Below, piece by piece: positions 1-11,410 of a DNA stretch of 64,000 bases; the stretch's first letter is position 1, and each line of letters begins with the position of its first letter. Source of the stretch: Takakia lepidozioides (lineage: Eukaryota > Plantae > Bryophyta); contig CM060731.1 of NCBI GenBank assembly GCA_030704615.1, positions 74,772,001 through 74,836,000 of the forward strand. The letters run 5' to 3'. Position numbers and translations under genes: made by a program. A model generated the notes under the pieces. The model saw nothing but the letters and a program-made list of their open reading frames with translations, searched no databases and had not been told where the DNA came from.

Positions 1-520
1 AAAAAAAAATCCCTTCCCCCCCCCCCCCCAAAACGCAGAACTGAGTGTGTCAACGCACTCAATTTCTTCATGATCATGAATTCACGGATGGTCGTTGACG
101 ACATCTACCCAAATGCCCGGGGGGGGGGGGGGGGGGGGGGGGGCGGGGGGAGAAATAAATAAATCTCATCTGCCTAATGCCCGCTTAATTCCCAGCCCTA
201 TTTCCCTCCACGAACATGGCAGTTCGCTAAGGGTTAGGGTTAGGGTTTGAGGTTCCGATTTGCAGTGTTTCCCCGGTTTGCCGTGTTTCTGTGGTAATGA
301 CGTCAGCTTCATTCCCAGCATGTTTTTCTTCACGAACATGGCAGTACGCTAAGGGTTAGGGTTAGGGTTTGCCGTGTTTCCGCGGTAATGGGTGTTCATC
401 CGCGGAAATACACCCTGCATCTTCCCCCATTCTCGTGCCACGTGGACTGGGCTCACGTCAGGCTCTTGGGCTCATAGGCTCCTGGGCTCACGTGGCTAGG
501 CTCACACTCTAGCATCCCCC
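1..520. mobile_element. Right end of a TIR DNA transposon (family with GGGGG(A/C)TGCTA termini); the rest lies left of the window
   Basis: Ends in TAGCATCCCCC (510-520), identical to the right terminus at 38878-38888. Preceded by GCTCAC(G) subterminal motifs (450-505). Contains CTTAATTCCCAG and GTCGTTGACGAC (91-102) motifs also found at 37.9-38.4 kb. Confidence 0.6.
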
Positions 521-639
521 ATATCGAACACGCGCGGGTGTGGTACAGTGGAAAAATGCACAGAGCATGTGGACACGGAGACCCCAATCCTACGAGCACC
601 AGCAAGCATGCATGGAATCTATGCAACGGACTAACGAAC

Positions 640-3010
640 TGTACTATCAACGGTCCAAAATTTATGAAAATCTATTATCCGTTTGTGTTTAAAACTATTT
701 TCCATCCGTCTCCATCCATTCACGATTGTGGTGGCAACGGTCGGCGCGGATTTCAAGTACATGCGGCACCACTTTCCCGCCACCATAGAAATGTTTTCCA
801 TCGCATTACCTTTGCGGAAGGAGAATAAAGTTTATGAATAGAAACAGAATGTGAGGAATTACACGCAGAATAAAGGCGTCTTCATTATCATATACCCTCA
901 CATCCTCGCGACGGGTTCTAATGAAACTGTGGTCGGCACCGACTTCTTCCAATTCGAACTAGAAATCGTACGATGGCACCGGATTGGAATACCAAAAGAA
1001 ATGCACTACTTCAAGTCATTAACGACTTCAAGGAAACCCTAGGATATTCATTGCAAATGTTGGACAGCAAGGCAGTTTCTCGGGTATGAGGTCGTCGTGC
1101 TTGGAGCCCACATCTGCCTCCTCTTTTGAAAGTCGGCAACGACTACACTGAGGTAAGAAATAAACCCACACTGTTGGTGGCTTTATGGGGCCGCATTGGG
1201 TGATTATCGACACCGACTTCACTGAAGCCACGTCTCCATATGTGCATCCGCCAACGGAAGTCGGCACTGACTATCCCGTGCAATCATGAGAGCCATTGGA
1301 TAATTGGGATGTACTCGTTGCGGAGGAATTGTATTTTCTTACAATATGCCATGATTGTCGTCGTATCCATGGACCCATTTACCTTTAGTCGGCACCAACC
1401 TCCATTGAAAACCCCTCCATCAGTTCAGTTGCCTATTGTATGACCAATTCCGTTGTTTCCTTGACCTCATATGCTTGTAATCAGCACCGACCATCACTCA
1501 TGGCCGTTGGTCCATTGGGATGAGCCCATAATACGCCAAATCCCACTGTTGGAAGGTGGTCTTATGCTATTACTCGGCATATAGCTTCACTGTTGGGCGT
1601 AAGAATTGTGGGATTTGCCTACAATATGCCCATTTACCATGTTTCAATGAGACGATGTGCACATGTAGTCGGCACCGACCTTCACTGTTAGCCCTTCGAA
1701 AGAGATCAATTTCCATATAATTTGATGAAGACCGCACATTCCACGATCTCATATACTTTCAGTCGGCACCAACCTTTACCATTGCCCTATGAAAGAGTGC
1801 AAAATCCATTGAATATGTTAAATTCCACATATTCCTTGACCTCATTCGCCCAATTGCGGAAGTTTGCATTACCTTATGTGCTCCATTCGGTACCGTCCTT
1901 CAATTTCAACACTTGGAGAGAGTAGTACGTGTTCACCCCTTTCGAAAATCCATACGGAATCAGTCAATTACATTGACATGTAGTCGGTGACGACTACATG
2001 TGTTTCGGCATTAAAAGAGCAATGTGTGGCATGCAAATTTACAAAATGCATGGAAAGCCAATGGGATTGTCGCTATCCCATACGCACTATCCGTGAAGGA
2101 ATGACATAAGATTGGTTTTTCGGAGTAATCTGAAGCCGGGATACTGTTTAAAATGAATGGAGGAGTTGGCAGGGGCTGAGAATGAGAAGCCTCTTTTCCT
2201 TCCGTCGGTGGCCTCATGAAGACGTATGGGGATGACAGGTGGATAAGTGGGACCCACTGCATCCATTATTGCAGCCCGCAGTGGCGAGTGGTTCTGACCA
2301 CGGGGAATTTGAAAGGGCTTTGTTGTTGTCTCTAAGATCTCATTCTCTTCGACATCAGACTCATCCTTCCAGCTTCGTTTGCAACGATGCCTTGCTTCTG
2401 GAACCACGACGAGTGCCCTTACGGAGGCGTGGATCATGCAAACTATACTGCCACACCGGGGGACATCGTCATTGGGCACACAGTTTGCACTGACGACAGT
2501 AGGGCCGAGCGCGAAACATTGTCTGCTTTTGAGTATTTTCCAGGGTAATATGCTTTCGAGCGGGGTGACGATCTTGGTCTCTCCAATCTGTGGCTCTTCC
2601 ACATCGTTGATTCAAATTTCCCCATCTACGGCCGGCAGCCGGAGAGAATGCGCAGCGCTATGCTTTGGCGGTGGAACTGCTGCCAGTGGGCGTGGGTAGA
2701 GTCCATCGGTGCCACGTATACTCCTACAAGTGTACGGTCCTCTTCCCCATCGTATGGGGACATTCGCATTGATTGGAGGACGAAACGCACGGGCACTCCG
2801 GGTCCACAGTTAAACTTTCCATATTTGATGGTGGTTTCATTGACGGGCACGACATTGTGGTGAAGATCAATAGGGGCCGAAGAACGGCTGCAATCCTTTT
2901 TACTTGGAGAAGCCCGTTGACTCATGAGCTTGTGTTTAGGCCAGTCGAAGTGCCGTTGACGTCGTAAGTTGTATTTATAAGGAAAACGCATTGAATTTGC
3001 ATGCACCCTT
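640..3010 (-). pseudogene. Possible degraded divergent gene of unknown function (fragments 2626-3006, 2087-2602 and smaller pieces at 640-1000)
   Basis: Two adjacent minus-strand ORFs of 126 and 171 aa, plus short open stretches, point away from the ParB-like gene. No recognisable domain. 1.1-1.9 kb is a degenerate tandem repeat. Confidence 0.25.
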
Positions 3011-6000
3011 AGTACAATATGAGTGCTTCATTTGGAATGCATACATATGAATAAAAACCCCATTGTGTGCGAACTTGTGTGGAATGTGCATCCTTCCTTC
3101 TCAAAATGCACAACTCGCCATGGCGTTTCGGGTTGGGAGTGTCGGTGGATTATGGAAGGGGCAGGTAGGCTGTAGTGGGGGCCCATTCTACTGAGCACTG
3201 CCACCGTAGCATTTGAGAAACATTACCTTCTATGCAAAGCGCCAACAAATCAAATTCGCACAGACATAATCGGCGCCGACTATGGAGTCCATGAGACCCA
3301 AATCGGTGGGTGTGGGGCAGACGCTCGCGGACCGGATTGTCCAATAAGTGGCCGCACTCAATTATCGGCAATAGGAAACAAAAATGTTAACGGAAATCCA
3401 AAAGTGGTTGTTTTCGAGACGATGAGAGACAAATACTACAACATTTGTACAGTAAACAGAGGAATATATGAATATACAAATTAAGTTTTGAGGCTATGGA
3501 GTAGGTCTAGGGATGAAAAGTTATGGCGGATGATGGATGGATGACATTTGTTGGGATGCAAAATTTAAACTTCAACACAATGAGAGGTACCTCGCGTGGA
3601 GCACCTAAACCATAATGGGAGAGGGCACGTGTCTCCCAACCACGGGCGATTTTTTAAAGGAATCCGTTGAGGGCCACGGAGGATTAGTGCGCCCTTTTCG
3701 TTTACTCCACAGTATCCGTTGGCACACTCCCTTTTTTGCTCTTCCCGACCCTCCGCCTTCGTGTTCCGCTGCCGAGCTTCGTCTCCTGCTTCTGATAGAG
3801 CACGTTCAGGATGAGGAGGATGACTTCGTCCTCGGAACGGCCACTCGGAGCAAGGTGCTGCACACTCGCACCGTTGTCTCGCAACAGAGCACGGAGAGCA
3901 GACCTCCAAGGAAGGGTGGGAAACTTCGGAAGAAAGCCGCCGCATCACAGGAGGGAGGGATGGTGTCCACAACCGCCACGATGTCCAGGGATCACGTGCC
4001 TGTATCCCCCATATGTGCAAGCGGCACCTCCGCAGGTCAAGCGCAGCGCGTTCCGCCTTCCCCCATTTCAACAACCGGGGCCTTGCCAGGTCCAGCAACA
4101 AGCGCCCAGGCAGGTGGTAACTCCAATCCCTCGCCCAAGAATGTGGTGGCAGACGTTGTCTTCACTGCAGACATGCGCAAGCAAGCACTTTTGTCATTGA
4201 CGACTAGTGCAATGAACCACACTATGAGCTCCATTGCGCACTTGCTGAAGAGTGGGGCCCCTCCACGAATCCCATTGTGTAGGATGAAGCCCCTCCCGGC
4301 TTTGCAAATGGCCGAGCGACCCGGCATCAATAAGCTGAAGCTCTACTTTGAGGCAAATCGCTATAACGACGCCCTCGCCTCATTGTTGCTTTCAATAAAT
4401 GACAACAGTGGGCAAGGTCAGGACATACAACCAACAAACCGTGGAAATTGGTCACCGCATTGGCAAGCAGCGGATGCTGCATTTGAGGATGACATAAGGA
4501 ACACGGAGTGGGAGTTCCTTTCAAACAAATGGCTACACATTTACGACGGCAATCACTGGTGGTACGCGTGGATGGAGGTCATTTTGGAGCAGCACGCTGA
4601 CGATGCAAGTTGGCACTACCGTGTGAATGCACAAATTCTCGATGTGAGGAGTTCCGATCTGGGCCTCATACGGCGTGCAATGAACAAAATGAATGTGTAA
4701 GTATGTCCGTGCATTTGTGCTCACATGAGCAAAGTTGAAATTTGTGCATGAGCATGGGTCACCGTGTACGGAATATCTCCATATATATGCTTCCAAAGTT
4801 ATAGTCGGGAACGACTACAACTGTTTCCGAAGGGACGGGAGGGCACTGGTGCATCGCGGAATTGAGAAATAACGGTGGTCTGTAAGAGAGCATTGTTGAA
4901 GACCACAAAATGTTTTTCTTCTGTTAATCGTGTGTCATTTCCACACCCCCTTAAACAAGCACGTAGTTGTCAATAACAGCAAAACGCATTGCCCATGCAA
5001 GAGTACCAGGTTATAGTCGGGACCGACTATGGCAGACTGCGTACAATTTTTACCTCATAAACTATTTTTTAAGCCCATGTTCGTTTGAAATGGTATAGTC
5101 ATTCCCGACTACACGAATTTGGAGGGGTGCAACACTGTATAAAGTTCTCTTTGTTGATGCCCGACTATGTAGGAGTAGTTTCATGTCATAGTCGTTGCCG
5201 ACTATGACAAGTTGTCGTGTGCTTTGTGCAGCGTAACAGATCGTGGGAACGTCTCGTCCGAGCTCCCTCACAAGCTCTTTTACTTCCAAAAATGCGCTAC
5301 AACACCTGTCGAGCAATACGAATCATCACTTCCACCGGAAGTGTACGAGAAGTGCTTAAACAAGCGGGATGGGAATTGGATGACGATACCACGAGATGCT
5401 CTCATAGAGTACAATGTACATGGGTCAAGAAGGATTCCGCAGAATCAGAAATGCCTGCTTGGAAGCCCATGCGCACTTGCCCGCAACGGCGGAAACCAGT
5501 GAGCTAATTAGGAAGGCCATTGCAACTGAATTTCAAGTGCATAGGACGAAGTGGTACACCAAAATTGCAAAGTATTTGTCTATCTGTGACCCAACTTTGG
5601 GTGCTGAGTTCCTCTTGGAGATAACCGCGCATTATAAGAAATTGGCCGTCAACCAAAAGCTCGAGATGACATTAGAGAAGTTGCAGATGTTGGCCACCAG
5701 TGAGGTTACAGCTGCGGAGAAGGTTGCATGGTTGAAGATATGGAATTCCGACCCTGGGATCAGGAAAGATGTCAAATTTCCGAAGGCGCCAACAGATGTG
5801 GTGTTCGGCTTATGGTTGGACAAGATGACATGGTGGTTCCAGGTAAGCAGCTACACATACATCATGACGTTTTATATATTCATTTGTGAGACCCATTTTG
5901 AATTCGAAACTCCGGATGCAACAAAAGAAGAAAGCTCAGCGGCAGTTGGAGTGGCTCATTCAAAAGGGTTTCTTGCAACTACCAACCCGGGAGGGAGCAC

Positions 6001-7712
6001 CATCTATAAGGTTTCTGTCAGATTGGGTGGACGATTTCCGCATAAAGTATTGGAGGGAATTGTTTTGGAGCGAGATGAAGGATGGCCCTGCTCGAAGCTG
6101 GCAGATTACCGAGCAGCCAGGGGGGACTCTACCGGCCCGTCGAATTGCTTACAGGTTTGAATAGTTATCACAGTTCCTTCAATTTGCATTTGTGCAAATG
6201 TTTAAGTCATGGTGGAGTGCGGAGGTCCCGAACATTAACACGTGTCTTGTACAATTTTGTAGGTACCTCAATTTCTACTTGCTCGCCAACAAGCACATAA
6301 AGTGTATGCTGGCCATGGTCACACAGTGGGCTAGTCAGTGGGGTGACTGCACAATGTACAACGGAAGGCAGTTGGGCCTATACGTGAAAGCATCCAATCT
6401 ACCGTGCTTTTGGTGGCTCGACTTGCCGCCGAATTTTACTCCTGACGAGGAGGCTGAATTGTACAAGAAGTACACGAATCATGAACTGCCGGCACCAACA
6501 AATATGGAGCCATTGATGGAGGAAGGTGCCGAGGAGGCTGCCGATGTTGGTGCAGCCCAAATAGAAGAAGCAAACACGGCTCTACAGGCAGCAGTCGCAA
6601 CGAAAAAATACAGGAAAGGAAGCCGAAACCCAAAAAAAACACCGCCACAGTACAAGTCACCCCCCCAGGCACAAGGCGTGGAGGCAACACGGGTATGGAG
6701 GGTGTTGATGAGACAGACGGTGCAAACAGGCATGAGAACCCAGCTTACGGACATTTTACCCAAGCCTTGCCTCCAAGTGGAGCGGAGGAATAGGTCTGCT
6801 CGCACGTTAACATTCGGGGCAGGAGGCAATGAGGGCAGGGTGCTGCAGCTTGCATCTGTGCTGCTGTACAAAGCAATAGCCTTGCGAGAGGGGGTTGCAA
6901 ACACTGAAGTGAAATGCTTAAAGTGCGATTGGTTTCAATTAGTCATCCGCAGATTGGCCACAAAAAGTTCGTCCAATAGTTGGCTGGAGCCGAGGGGGAA
7001 ATTGACGCATTTTGAAAGGCACGTACCGACTGACCCTTCACACCGTTTGCCAAGGGGGACGAAAGCAGGGGCGGATTTGGTTATAATTGACCTCCCTGAT
7101 GGGCAAGTTGTCAAAGGTACTGGCCGAGACAATGTTGTTGCAAGTTGGAACAACAAGAGCAAGGATACAATTCCTCATGCATGGGCACTGGCATCCTCCA
7201 TATTGAAAGACAAAGGGTGCCTTGTGATGTTCTGCAAGGGGGATGCAAAGACAAAAATTGAAGTCTGGAGATGCGTTGGGCCGGCCGGACCATTCATTTT
7301 TTTTTTATAAAATGGACTTGCCTCAATCGAATTCCATTGCAAAGTGGAGATGTTGGCGAACCACGGGTGGATTTACCATGTTCAATTGAAACGCATGCCA
7401 TGAAGTTTGTACTTAAAATGTTCGCAAAGGATTAAAATGATAAGTGTAAGCCCACGGTATGTCTTTCATAGAACACCACCTTCCAACAGTCGCCGAGTAA
7501 TAGTCGGTAACGACTATTACCAACAGTGGCGGGGCAATTCATTTTGTCGGTGCCGACCGGTTGTACGGTGGCACCGGTGGGGAACATAGTCGGTGGCGAC
7601 TATGTTGCACGCTTTGGGTGGTTGGTGAGTGGTCCTCGACGAGGACTTGCAAGTGACACGGGTTGTGCTACAGCCTGCTTACATTACTACTATTATCATA
7701 GTCGGTAACGAC
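932..7712. repeat. Dispersed family of ~18 imperfect palindromes, core GTCG-N4-CGAC (often ATAGTCGGNNCCGACTAT)
   Basis: Cores at 932, 1132, 1206, 1260, 1388, 1480, 1668, 1762, 1983, 3269, 4804, 5016, 5098, 5191, 7503, 7546, 7589 and 7701. Confidence 0.85.
3615..7380 (+). pseudogene. Spliced gene, disrupted or mis-assembled, encoding a ParB/Srx-like domain fused to an N6A/N4C DNA methyltransferase-like domain
   Basis: Exon ~3615-4696 has RIPLCRMKP..INKLKLYF..WLHIYDGNHWWYAW, the ParB/Srx GxH-R motif with the Arg codon CGG changed to TGG at 4557. Phase-consistent GT-AG introns at 4697-5231 and 6155-6262; a probable short intron from 5843; a frameshift near 5413. The last exon has ADLVIIDLPDG (7089-7103, motif IV-like DPPY), ASSILKDKGCLVMF (motif VI-like) and, after a poly-T slip at ~7300, KWTCLN. 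No SAM-binding FxGxG was seen before the Gypsy insertion. Confidence 0.6.
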
Positions 7713-7728
7713 TTTCATAATTGAGTAT

Positions 7729-8766
7729 TGTTAGAGGGCTGTCTGGGACTTGGACACTTTTACGGGCTCTGTGGGGTACCCTTAATTTTTGCGCAGACTT
7801 ACAATGGTAGACTTAGACCAACAGAGGCCTTAGGGGTGACAGGCACAGGCTTTAGGGGTGGTAGACAGGTTTACACACTCAGACACAACCTTACACAGAC
7901 TGTCGCAGTTAGTCACAGCTCGACACAGCCCGACACAGCCCGACACAGCTTTACACAGCCAGTCACAGCTCGGCACACTCACAGCCCGACACAACCTTAC
8001 ACAGACTGTCGCAGTTAGTCACAGCTCGACACAGCACAACACAACCCGACACAGCTTTACACAGCCAGTCACAGCTCGGCACAGTCACAGGCCGACACAA
8101 CTTGGCACATCCGTCACAGCGTACGTAGGGAACGGTTATCATGGCAGGGAACAACTGTGTGGGAACGACATCTGCAGAGGGAACGTGTTTACTTCTTGAG
8201 ATGACAGTTAGTTAGTTAGGCAGTTAGAACAGCTTGCGGGTAGATTAGGCAGAATAACAACTTGGGGACGACACTTCTGGGGGGAGCACTTCTGGATCAT
8301 CGGCAGAGGAGGTGAAGGGAGAACACGAACTGGAGGAAGGATGAAGAGTGCAGTGATGGAGGGGACGCGATCTGCTGATGTTTGATGAATGAAAGTTGTA
8401 GAGTGAAACTTAGAGCAGATTAGGGACACCATGGCTTCGGCCTGATACCTGATAAATCATAATTTGATACTTATTCGATACAATCACACTGTGTAGAGAG
8501 ACTTGAGTGAAGCTGTCGAATAAATGGATGAGTGAATGGAACCTGATAGATACTGAAGCAATCTGATGCTTCAGTATACACAATAAGGTAATTTGCTAAC
8601 ATGAAGGCAAGAAGAAATACAAACATGAAGCACAACCATGATTCACTAGTTGTAGGTCATGATTGATTGTTCTGAGCGGGCTGAGTGCTTAGAGATATCC
8701 AACTCTTCTATCCTGGAGTTTCCACCTCGGATAGCGAAGGGATGGGTGAGTAAAAGCCGCTCGACA
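7729..8766 (+). repeat. 5' LTR of Gypsy copy A (1038 bp)
   Basis: TGTTAGAGG...TCGACA termini matching the reverse complement of 17980-19002. Internal ACAGC-rich tandem repeat at ~7870-8120. Followed by the PBS. Confidence 0.9.
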
Positions 8767-8768
8767 TT

Positions 8769-8786
8769 TGGCGACCATACTGGGGA
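8769..8786 (+). promoter_or_regulatory. Primer-binding site TGGCGACCATACTGGGGA (probably tRNA-Arg type)
   Basis: Starts TGG 2 nt after the LTR-terminal CA. Identical at 17610-17627 and on the minus strand at 30134-30151. The tRNA identity is inferred from the ..GGTCGCCA end. Confidence 0.8.
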
Positions 8787-9835
8787 ACTAAGTCAAGAAC
8801 AACCAGATGTGACAGACATCTGGTGGGATCATGGTGGTTGGAGAATTAAAGAATTTGATGTTAATCAAATTCCCTGTGGAACTGAGAAAGAAAGGTTGTC
8901 CAAGCAATTCTTTCAGAGATTCTTGGGATTGCCAGACGGTTGCAAGGAAAACATTCTTAAGAGTGCATGATGCAGATCCTCAGTGGGGGGGCTGCTATTT
9001 CATGAGCGGTTGCATGAGCGGAAAAAAAAAAAAGCATGAGCAAACCATTGTGTGTCCACGGAAATAGGGTTAGGAGGCACGAAAATAGGGTCATGAAGTT
9101 GGAATGTGGCACCAGTAGACTTGAAATGCAACATTTTATTGCAAATTATGTGGCAAGCCACGTCTATACAAGTGTGTTCTAACTGTCATAGCCGGAATGG
9201 GCACTACTCTCCTACACCCTCCGAGGAACTTGCCCCACCTTCTTCCTCATCCCCCTCATCCCCCTCATCCCCCTCATCCTCCGAGCTCTGTGATGCATCA
9301 GTTCCACTATGCCTCTCAAAAATCTCGTCCTCTTGGGAGACTGTCCACCACCTCCTGGGAATCTTGTGCATCTTCTCCCCCACTTTCCTCAGCTGAATCC
9401 AAGACAAATCTACGAGCCTGACGGGCTCTAATAGCTGCTGCCTCCTCCCTCATCTTCATTTTCTTGAGGCTTGCCTCGTCTAAAATCTGCTGTACACGAC
9501 TAGGTTCGGAACACCTCCTAATGGACACCGAAGCAAGCCGGGCAACATAAGTAGGAAGGATGTAGTCCCTTTCTGGACTAGGCATGAAATCCCCCTGGGC
9601 AAAAAAATGCACGTTCCTCCTGCCCATGAACTGCGGTATAGACGTCCCTCCGGCAGTACTTGGCATCCTACAGTAAGAACAAATCCACTTGAAGAATGTC
9701 AATACCAGCAGAAGCAGAAACAGTCTTTCAATGAAATAAAAGAGCGAGGGGAGGTGCCTCACAAAATCAGGAGGCAACTTACAATGCGACCACTCACTCG
9801 TAAACCATTTTCGGCACCATTTTCCTAGGTTGGGC

Positions 9836-10804
9836 CCGAAAATGGCTAAGTCCCAGAACTGACTGGGCGCGGAACTAGAAAAATGGCGCCGAATTTCCGG
9901 TTGCGGTTCCAGCCACCCTAGGGACTTAGCCATTTTCGGGGCCGAAAATGGCTAAGTCCCAGATCTGACTGGGCCCGGAACTGGAAAAATGGCGCCGAAT
10001 TTCCGATTTTGCTGCCAGCCACCCTAGGGACTTAGCCATTTTCGGCCCCGAACTGGAAAAATGACGCCATTTTTCCAGTTCGGGGCCAAAAATGGCTAAG
10101 TCCCAGATCTGACAGGGCGCGGAACTGGAAGAATGGCGCCGAATTTCCAGTTGCGGTTCCAGCCACCCTAGGGACTTAGCCATTTTCGGGGCCTTGAACT
10201 GGAAAAATGGCGCCATTTTTCCATTTCAGGGCCGAAAATGGCTAAGTCCCAGATCTGATTGGGCCCGAACTGGAAAAATGGCGCCGAATTTCCGATTTTG
10301 GTGCCAGTCAGATCTGGGACTTAGCCATTTTCGGCCCCAAATTGGAAAAATGGCGTTTTTTGTTTGTTTTTTGTTTCTTTTCTTTTCTTTTCTCGGCGCC
10401 ATTTTTCCAGTTCGGCGCCGAAAATGGCTTAGTCCCAGATCTGACTGGGCCCGGAACTGGAAAAATGGCGCCGAATTTCCTATTTTGGTGCCAGCCACCC
10501 TAGGGACTTAGCCATTTTCGGCCCCGAACTGGAAAAATGGCGCCATTTTTCCAGTTCGGGGCCGAAAATGGCTAAGTCCCAGATCTGATAGGGCACGGAA
10601 CTGGAAAAATAGTGCCGAATTTCCAATTGCGGTTCCAGCCACCGTAGGGACTTAGCCATTTTCAGGGCCCTGAACTGGAAAAATGGCGTTTTTTTTTTTG
10701 TTTTTTTGTTTTTTTCGGCGCCATTTTTCCAGTTCGGGGCCGAAAATGGCTAAGTCCCAGATCTGACTGGCACCAAAATCGGAAATTCGGCGCCATTTTT
10801 CCAG
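9836..10804. repeat. Modular inverted-repeat array 1
   Basis: Repeated modules GAAAATGGCTAAGTCCC-(~70 nt)-GGGACTTAGCCATTTTC, separated by palindromic linkers such as GGCCCCGAACTGGAAAAATGGCGCCATTTTT(T)CCAGTTCGGGGCC. Confidence 0.9.
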
Positions 10805-11410
10805 TCATGCAAGTAATTCGAAGAGTGGATGGATGGAAATCCGGCGCCGGATTTCCATCCGCCAGGTAAGTCGGCGCGCAAAATTTCCGTCATGCAGGTA
10901 ATTCGAAGAGCGGATGGATGGAAATCCGGCGCCGGATTTCCATCCTCCAGGTAAGTCGGCGCTGCAAATTTCTGTCCTGCAGGTTACTTGTGAGAGGATG
11001 GATGGAAATCCGCCGCATGATTTCCATCCGCCAGGTACAAAATTTCCGTCATGCAGGTAATTCGAAGAGCGGATGGATGAAAATCTGGCGCCGGATTTCC
11101 ATCCGCCAGGTAGGTCGGCGCGCAAAATTTCCATCATGCTGGTAATTCGGAGCGCGGATGGATGGAAATCCGGCGCCGGATTTCCATCCTCCAGGTAAGT
11201 CGGCGCTGCAAATTTCCGTCATGCAGGTAATTCGAAGAGCGGATGGATGGAAATCCGGCGCCGGATTTCCATCCGCCAGCTAAGTCGGAGCGCGGCCGGA
11301 TGGAAATCTGGCGCCGAATTTCCATCCTATAGGTAACTCGGAGCGCCGAATTTCCGTCAGGCAGGTAATTCGGAGGGCGGATGGATGGAAATCCGGCGCC
11401 GAATTTCCGT
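10805..11410. repeat. Tandem array 2: ~7-8 units of ~85 bp, each with a 30-bp palindrome
   Basis: GGATGGAAATCCGGCGCCGGATTTCCATCC repeated within the unit CATGCAGGTAATTCGAAGAGCGGAT...AAATTTCCGT. Confidence 0.92.

Larger units (their letters stand above)
8987..11410. mobile_element. One-ended TIR/foldback-like DNA transposon inserted in Gypsy A; the other end was lost together with ~1 kb of Gypsy leader/gag
   Basis: Begins GGGGGCTGCTATTTCATGAGC, a near-perfect reverse complement of GCTCACGAAATAGCATCCCCC (38868-38888). Gypsy homology breaks at ~8986 (equivalent to B ~29935) and resumes at ~11410 (B ~28942). Contains a minus-strand coding remnant with an acidic tail (9204-9670). Confidence 0.7.

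Noticed and set aside
228-370. TTAGGG telomere-like repeats (also TTAGGG-rich 54900-55030)
   Set aside because: Only ~3 units each, embedded in a duplicated TE subrepeat; not a telomere.
9316-11325. ORFs such as MAKSLGWLEP.. and MEIRRRISI..
   Set aside because: Translations of the palindromic arrays, open on both strands by construction. Only 9204-9670 looks like a coding remnant.
9836-11410. CRISPR-like appearance of regularly spaced palindromes (also 34720-35710)
   Set aside because: The intervening sequences are themselves repeated rather than unique spacers, there are no cas genes, and the context is a eukaryotic TE.
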